Origin: Saccostrea cucullata | Taxonomy: Eukaryota | Assembly (NCBI RefSeq): GCF_032062105.1 | Contig: NW_026927571.1 | Location: forward strand, 1 to 64,000 | DNA: 64,000 bases | Direction: 5' to 3' | Part shown: piece after piece, positions 57,678-64,000 of the stretch | Numbering within the stretch: the first letter of the stretch is position 1 | Layout of the letters: the number at the start of each line of letters is the position of its first letter | Notes under the pieces: model-generated | Databases searched by the model: none | Seen by the model: the letters and a program-made list of their open reading frames with translations, nothing else | What the model was told of the DNA's origin: nothing | Program-made: the position numbers and the translations under genes

Positions 57678-60600
57678 ATGGGTCACAAAAACATGGTTCT
57701 CTTGATGTTGACCTTGCTTTCTTTCTGTTCCGGAAATAAAATCTACCCTGCCACCCAGAACGTCACGGAGGAATTAATTCGGAGGTATGGCACGCGGGGA
57801 ACTCTGTCTCGGGAGGAATTCCTTAGCTTAGGGACAGCTCTTCAGACGGGACCAATAAAGTTCAATGCCATTGATGGGAACGACTCTTGTGTGAGTATGC
57901 TTATGATAGCGTTTATTTTTCCTTTCTGTGGCGGATCTAGTCTTATATGTGAGGATGTTGTGTGTGTGACAGCGGCATTAATGGGAATGACTCTTGTGTG
58001 AGCATGCTAGCTTATGATTGCATTTTTCTTAGCATAGGCGTCGAAACCGGGGGGGGGGGGGGGGGGGGGCTAGAAAGGGGGCTTATCACCACCACCCCTC
58101 TTTGCAAAGATATACATAATACAGGCATTGAAAATTAGGGTTTACCATTTTTTTGTTGCTTAGCCCCCCCCCCCCCACTTTTTAGCCACCCCCCCCCACT
58201 TTCAATTTATTCCGACGCCTATGCTAAGGGCGGATCTAAGCATGTACATGAGGGTGCGTGTGTGTGTTTCGGATTCGACATACATGTGCTTTTTCCCATT
58301 CATAGTTCAATGTTTATTTTTAAGATTTTCATGAAAAGACTTCAAATTGTAAATGAACCTCCTTTTAAACGATTAAAACGGAAATTCTACTTTTAAGATA
58401 AGAAGTACGTCCTGGACCCTGCTGGTTTTCAGTCTTGGTACAATATTGTGTTTAAAATATCCAAATAAATCCCTTTCACCATGTTTATCAAGCTGTAGAT
58501 CCGTATGTACATTTAACGGGAAAAAAATCTATCTGTATGCACCCGTATAAATTAACGCAATTTTGATAAACGCGTTCACATTATTTTCATTGTATAACAA
58601 CTTTACTAATTAGTACACTTTGTATTTATAATTAAAACGTATATCTAATAACAATGCAAATGTTGCCTTTAAACAAAATAAAAACAAAGACCTCTTATGC
58701 TGTTATTGAGATTTAAAAAATTAGCAAAACAAGATCAATCCCCTGAGTGCACGAGTCCTTGTAAAGCTGATTTATTTTAAGAAACATCGATCCTGACAAA
58801 TTGTACACGTATGTAAATATATTCAAGTTCATCGACACTGGTCTGTAATAAATTTCAGCAATGCCAAACTTTCAGCCAGATATTCCAGGGAGTGTCCGGT
58901 GGAAGTACCCGGATTAACGGCTCATCCCTGACTGCCGCCTGCCCCCTGTTGCTGCGGAAACTTCATAATGATGACTGCTGTTCCGACTCACAATCCATTG
59001 TCCTCGAGCATGCTAGGAAACCGCCTATTGGAAAAGGTTATTTACAGTTTAAACAAAGAATGCTTGTGAAACACTTAAACCCAACCCCCCTAAAATTGTA
59101 ATTTTCCTGAGTCAAAGGGGTATAGCTCTGTCCAAAATTGCTCGATCGTACCCCAAAACAGAACTTGACATAGATATTCCTATGATAAATCTGTATACCA
59201 AATGTCATTTCAGTATGTGCAACCGGTGCCAAAAAAAAAATGAACGGAAATTGTTGCATGGTGGACATCAAAACAGACAGACAGACCGATTGATAAGATT
59301 GGGGGATAGTCTATCTGCTTCATTTTCTGTGAAACCGAGAGTTTATCAGTTTCTTTTTTAAATAAAACATTTATATTTTTTGTTCACAAGCACTCAAATG
59401 ACACAAATACATTGTCGGCCTTCAAAGCGAAAATAAAAAATCAAAAAAATATTGTCTTGCAACTAATGAACATGTCTCTCTAAAAAAAAATAAAAATTCT
59501 TTTCCAGCATGGGGGTATGGTATTGGTTTTGTGAGCTTGGTTGTCCTAATCTCTAACATAGGGGTCTTCCTTGGACCATGTATTCACACGAACGCATTCA
59601 GGAGAATTCTTATGTTCTGCGTGGCTCTTGCCGTGGGAACGCTCGGCTCCACGGGATTTTTAGTTCTTATACCTGAGGTACTGTATGAACTTATATTATT
59701 TCATTCAATTGTAACTTGTGGTTACGGAAATGGCCGAGTAGTTACATCTTCATTATCAATTAAGGGTCACCGATCGACCTTCTGATCGATAAGAGATAGA
59801 CCTAACTTTTTAAGGAGTCTCATGAAGTTGTAAAATTAAAAGACGATTTCTCTCATATTTTGAACTGCAAAATATACTGAAATTGTATGCATTTATTTAT
59901 AATTTATATGATTTCTGATAAAAAAAAAAAAAAAAAAAAAAAACCAAATGTGCTAAGATTTTTTTTTCCCTTATGATAGAGTAGAGAGATACATGTATGC
60001 ACATTAAACTTTTTAAATGAACCTTATATTGAACAGTGTTAATGACTATAATAATATTTGTTTCAGTCTATGCATCTTGGAGGAGAAGATAGCCCAGTTC
60101 CAAATTTTCAGTGGAAAATGGCCACCGTCATTGGCGGGGCGTATTTTGTATTTATTTCTGAACGTCTCTTGAAATTCATCCTTGACAAGCGCAGGGTAAG
60201 GTATTTACAGTCTTTAATTTTTCCGTGATATTGGTAGAAAATATATACCATTTGTATTAGATCGCATGTCCCTGCCAAATAAGTTAGCATGCAATACATT
60301 ATTTTTTTTCCTCACTCTTTTGGATTTCAGCAGACATCCCGTCCTAAAAAGGTGAGTAAAAAAAATGCTCACAAAAATGTCTTTGAATTCTCAAAGTAAT
60401 ATGTATTTTTACATGTATGGAATTTCTGTGAAGTTCATCCATATATAATTATGCATCTGTGCATAATCGTTTGACCTTAAATAATCTTGCTGCATCAGTG
60501 TTTATTTACTTCTGTTGGTATATAAAACCCCGAAACGATACATGTGACAAATATTTTACGCTGTTAAATTCTAGCTACATTTTAATTTTTAAAACTTTTT

Positions 60601-62986
60601 AATGCTATATATGATATAGAGATATACCGGTATAATTATCTTCTCAATGTCTGAATCGGCTTGTTTTTAAACTGACATCGCGGTGATAGTTCATTACCCT
60701 GTAAATGAGCCCGACTTTCAGTACTTCTGAGTACTTTGATTAAAAATTACATGATGTACTTTCATCATGACAAAACCCAACTTCAAAAGGACTGAGGGAG
60801 ATAATTCTGTAAAAGCACAGTAAAAATGATCAAAACATTCTTGCTTTTTATCACTTTGACTTGTTGGGAGTCTTTTATTTATTGAGACACTCCATTTGAT
60901 GCCTTTTATTTATTATTATTTTATTTTAACATCCAATAAATACTTTTTAGTCGGGCTCATTGCACGGCTTTTGCTACTGTGTTCAACCGGAAATACTGCT
61001 TCATCACCGCTTAATCAAAATTACGAGTTAGAATATAGTACATTTGCGCAATCACCTTTGGTTTTAATCACCGTGTCTATTGGTCAGTAAACACAACTGA
61101 GCATATACTAGTTTCACCTGCACAAATTTGAGCAATGACATACATACAAATATCACAATATTTTATTAATTTACTTTATCTTTCTTTACATGATTACTTG
61201 TACAGATATACCGATATAAACAATAAAATGTGAATGACTTTTTGTTTGTTACTTGGGAAATAACGTTGCAGCTATTGCAAGAAAATAAAAATACTACGAG
61301 TTCTGCTTTTTTATCTGTAACAGCTGCAGGATGAATTCTCAAACTAAAATCCATAGACAGCAATTTATTGTTCAAATTTTCTTTTAATATACAGAAACAG
61401 AGATATAGCTCTGAAGATAAAATCGATGACCCTATAGATGAGAAGAAAGAAAACGGTAATGTGGAATTGTTACATGTAGAGAAGCAACATCATGTACATT
61501 CCCATAAACTAGAGATTGTGGAGAAAGATGGCAGAAAGGAAGTAGCGCCCGTGGCCTGGATTCTGCTCATTGGAGACGCCATCCATAATTTTGTGGATGG
61601 ATTATCTATAGGGGCGGCTTTTACAGAAAATACGTTGCTAGGGATTAGCGTTTCTTTGGCTGTTTTATGCGAAGAGTTGCCGCATGAATTAGGTAAGTAA
61701 AGTGATTGTTTGTAAACCTCTGCGCATGCACGGGTGTCAAGACTTTCTCACCGTAACACTCTGGATGAAGACTTTCTGTATTCCTGGTGTTCGCCAAGGC
61801 GCACAAGTTTAGCCCCGTTTCTTTCTTCTTCATGAACACTTATAAAAAATGTTTACGTGATGTTTCGTTGTTTTTATTAATTTTTTTTATTTTTCTCTTA
61901 GGTGATATCGCGATCCTTCTTCATGCTGGCTTAAAAATGAAAAGGGCGCTTTTGTTAAATTTCATAGCTGCCGTGCTTTGTTATGCTGGACTTATAATAG
62001 GAATTTTGGTGGGAGAAAATACCCATGCCAATCAATGGATATTTGGATTTGCAGGAGGATTATTTGTATACATTGCATTAAGTGACATGGTTTGTATGAA
62101 GCAATTTTTAAAGAAGCATGAGTTTGTTATCCATTTGATCAATTTCTATCTCTGCCGTCCGTTGCCAATCGTATATATGCTGTATTCTCCTCTGATACTA
62201 CTGGGAAAAGAAAATGCAAAGTTTCTATGAGAAAAGCAATACAAAATTTGTGAATTTCATTAATACTGGGCTTCTTATGGCTTAGCTGGGGAGGGACTAT
62301 GATATATAATGCATGTGCAAGGTGTTATCATTGAAATCCCCCTTTTTAATTTTTTTATATTATTATTATTATTATTATTATTAATTTTTAATTTATTTTA
62401 TTATCAATTTTTGGCGAACAGTCATCTCAAACAAGCAAAGGTTCATCAACTTTCCCGAGTCCCTATGGTCATTGTGATAGATAAAGACTAGTATATATAC
62501 ATGTACACTATACATGCATTGTAGTTCGAATCAATGTTTCAACTAGATAAAATCTTTATGGAACATCTTGGAGACAAAGTTTTGATTGGGTTGGGTATTA
62601 GGGAACAATATCTGAATATTTTAATGGTTTGCAGGTTCATCTCCTGTTTATACAATATTTAACCTAGCATACATTGTACAGCAAATACTGAAGTTGCTCG
62701 GGTTATCAATAATGTCCATGGGCCTCACATCTTGTTTTACTAGTACAATGTATTCTGAAATGTCTATAGATACGAAGTCTTATAATTTTTAGCCACGTAC
62801 TGTACATATACTTAATTAAATTCTGTTTGTTTTTAGATTCCAGAAATGAGAGAGCAGCTAGCAGAGGCCGAATCAAGCGGTTCTGAAAATATATATTTAG
62901 TATTCTTCATCCAGAATTCCGGAATGGTGCTTGGGTTTTTCATTATTCTGTGTATTGTTCAGTTCGGTGGTGAAATACAAGTATAA
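57678..62986 (+). CDS. SLC39A14-like: LIV-1 family ZIP zinc transporter (ZIP8/ZIP14-like), ~448 aa
   Basis: Exons 57678-57890, 58859-59036, 59508-59677, 60067-60195, 60331-60351, 61395-61692, 61902-62089, 62837-62986; 1347 nt. Signal peptide, CPLLL (CPALL-like), ALAVGTL, His-rich loop HHVHSH, GDAIHNFVDG, CEELPHELGD, GLFVYIALSDM. Confidence 0.9.
58028..58228. mobile_element. Short MITE with CATAGGCGTCG terminal inverted repeats and poly-G/poly-C subterminal tracts
   Basis: CTTAGCATAGGCGTCG ... CGACGCCTATGCTAAG. Confidence 0.75.
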
Positions 62987-62991
62987 CAACA

Positions 62992-63139
62992 NNNNNNNNN
63001 NNNNNNNNNNNNNNNNNNNNNNNNNNNNNNNNNNNNNNNNNNNNNNNNNNNNNNNNNNNNNNNNNNNNNNNNNNNNNNNNNNNNNNNNNNNNNNNNNNNN
63101 NNNNNNNNNNNNNNNNNNNNNNNNNNNNNNNNNNNNNNN
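62992..63139. other. Assembly gap (148 N)
   Basis: Run of N immediately after the ZIP stop codon. Confidence 1.
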
Positions 63140-64000
63140 AATAAAGTTGTAACCAATGTGTCTTGTTATAATTGAGAATTATCAATAATTATCTGCACAG
63201 ATGGACTCACTTATTACATTGAAGTTGTCACAAACTTTACCTATAGCTAGCTCATCTTCCCAAGTCAATGTTTTTGGTCTATCTATACCCTTCCATTTCA
63301 GTAAATCGGAAGTGATGAAAGAGTTGGAGAAGCTACACGAAGAATTTTATGATTCAAGCAGACATGTATATCATTATAAAGGAACTAGAAGTAAAACTTC
63401 TAAGTCTGGAAATCTAACATACATGTATAATATTCTCAAAGGTCACTTTCCAAGAAATAAATCAATTCAGTGTTTAATTCTTTTAATATACCAGCCAACC
63501 AAAGTAAGTTCGATCTACCTGTACTTGATTCCTAAATATCTTTAAAATCCTTACAAAAAAAATACATTTGTATACCGTGTTCATTGCTGGGTACCAGCGA
63601 AATTGTGCTGGGTCAACCATATGCTTTACAAAGCCATTGCCGTTTGAATGGAGCGTAGCGGAGTCAGCCGAGGATTGCCGATTGTTACAAAGCCCTTAAC
63701 TTTACCAGCAATAACTTTTTGTTACTCTTTAAAAAAAAAATTCACTGCTGTTTATAGCTGCAGATCTGTAGCGTTATGGTTTTATATATTTGTCTTTGAC
63801 CATAACGCTACAGATCCTGTAGTGCAAAAAAGATACTACAGATGCAATATTTTTTGCACTTTTGGGGAGAAACATCACAACCTTTCACTTATTCTTGACA
63901 CATGCTGTAGCCAATATATATATATTATCCACCTCCCAACCATTTAGAGTTGTCTCTACAGGCAATAAACTCTTAAAGGGAATTTTCAGCAATCTAACAA

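Noticed and set aside
62931-63185. ORFs spanning the N run
   Set aside because: Artefacts of the assembly gap.

Overview
AT-rich, intron-containing animal DNA. The repeat landscape (Helentron/HINE 'pearl'-type elements, CAAT-tailed SINE, ~140-146 bp satellites) suggests an oyster-like bivalve; this is inference. I assembled eight spliced or intronless genes by hand with consistent splice phases: two tandem macro-macro-RING-DTC (Deltex/DTX3L-type) E3 ligases, an intronless acyl-CoA synthetase, a secreted EEP-family hydrolase head-to-head with an LRR gene, RNASEH2A, an orphan 186-aa single-TM gene, an intronless divergent CK2-alpha, and a ZIP8/14-like zinc transporter. A third, decayed paralogue of the E3 genes lies upstream of them. 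The main candidate system is the 1.7-16.2 kb cluster. It joins PARP9/14-type macrodomains to a DTX3L-type RING-DTC in one chain, with SIM-like motifs before the RING and an identical ISRE-like 13-mer upstream of both intact copies. It looks like a rapidly evolving, possibly immune-inducible ligase that reads ADP-ribose and writes ubiquitin. Also present: a complete TRIM with tRNA-derived LTRs, nested transposons, a 28S rRNA fragment and an assembly gap (62992-63139). No database searches were run.
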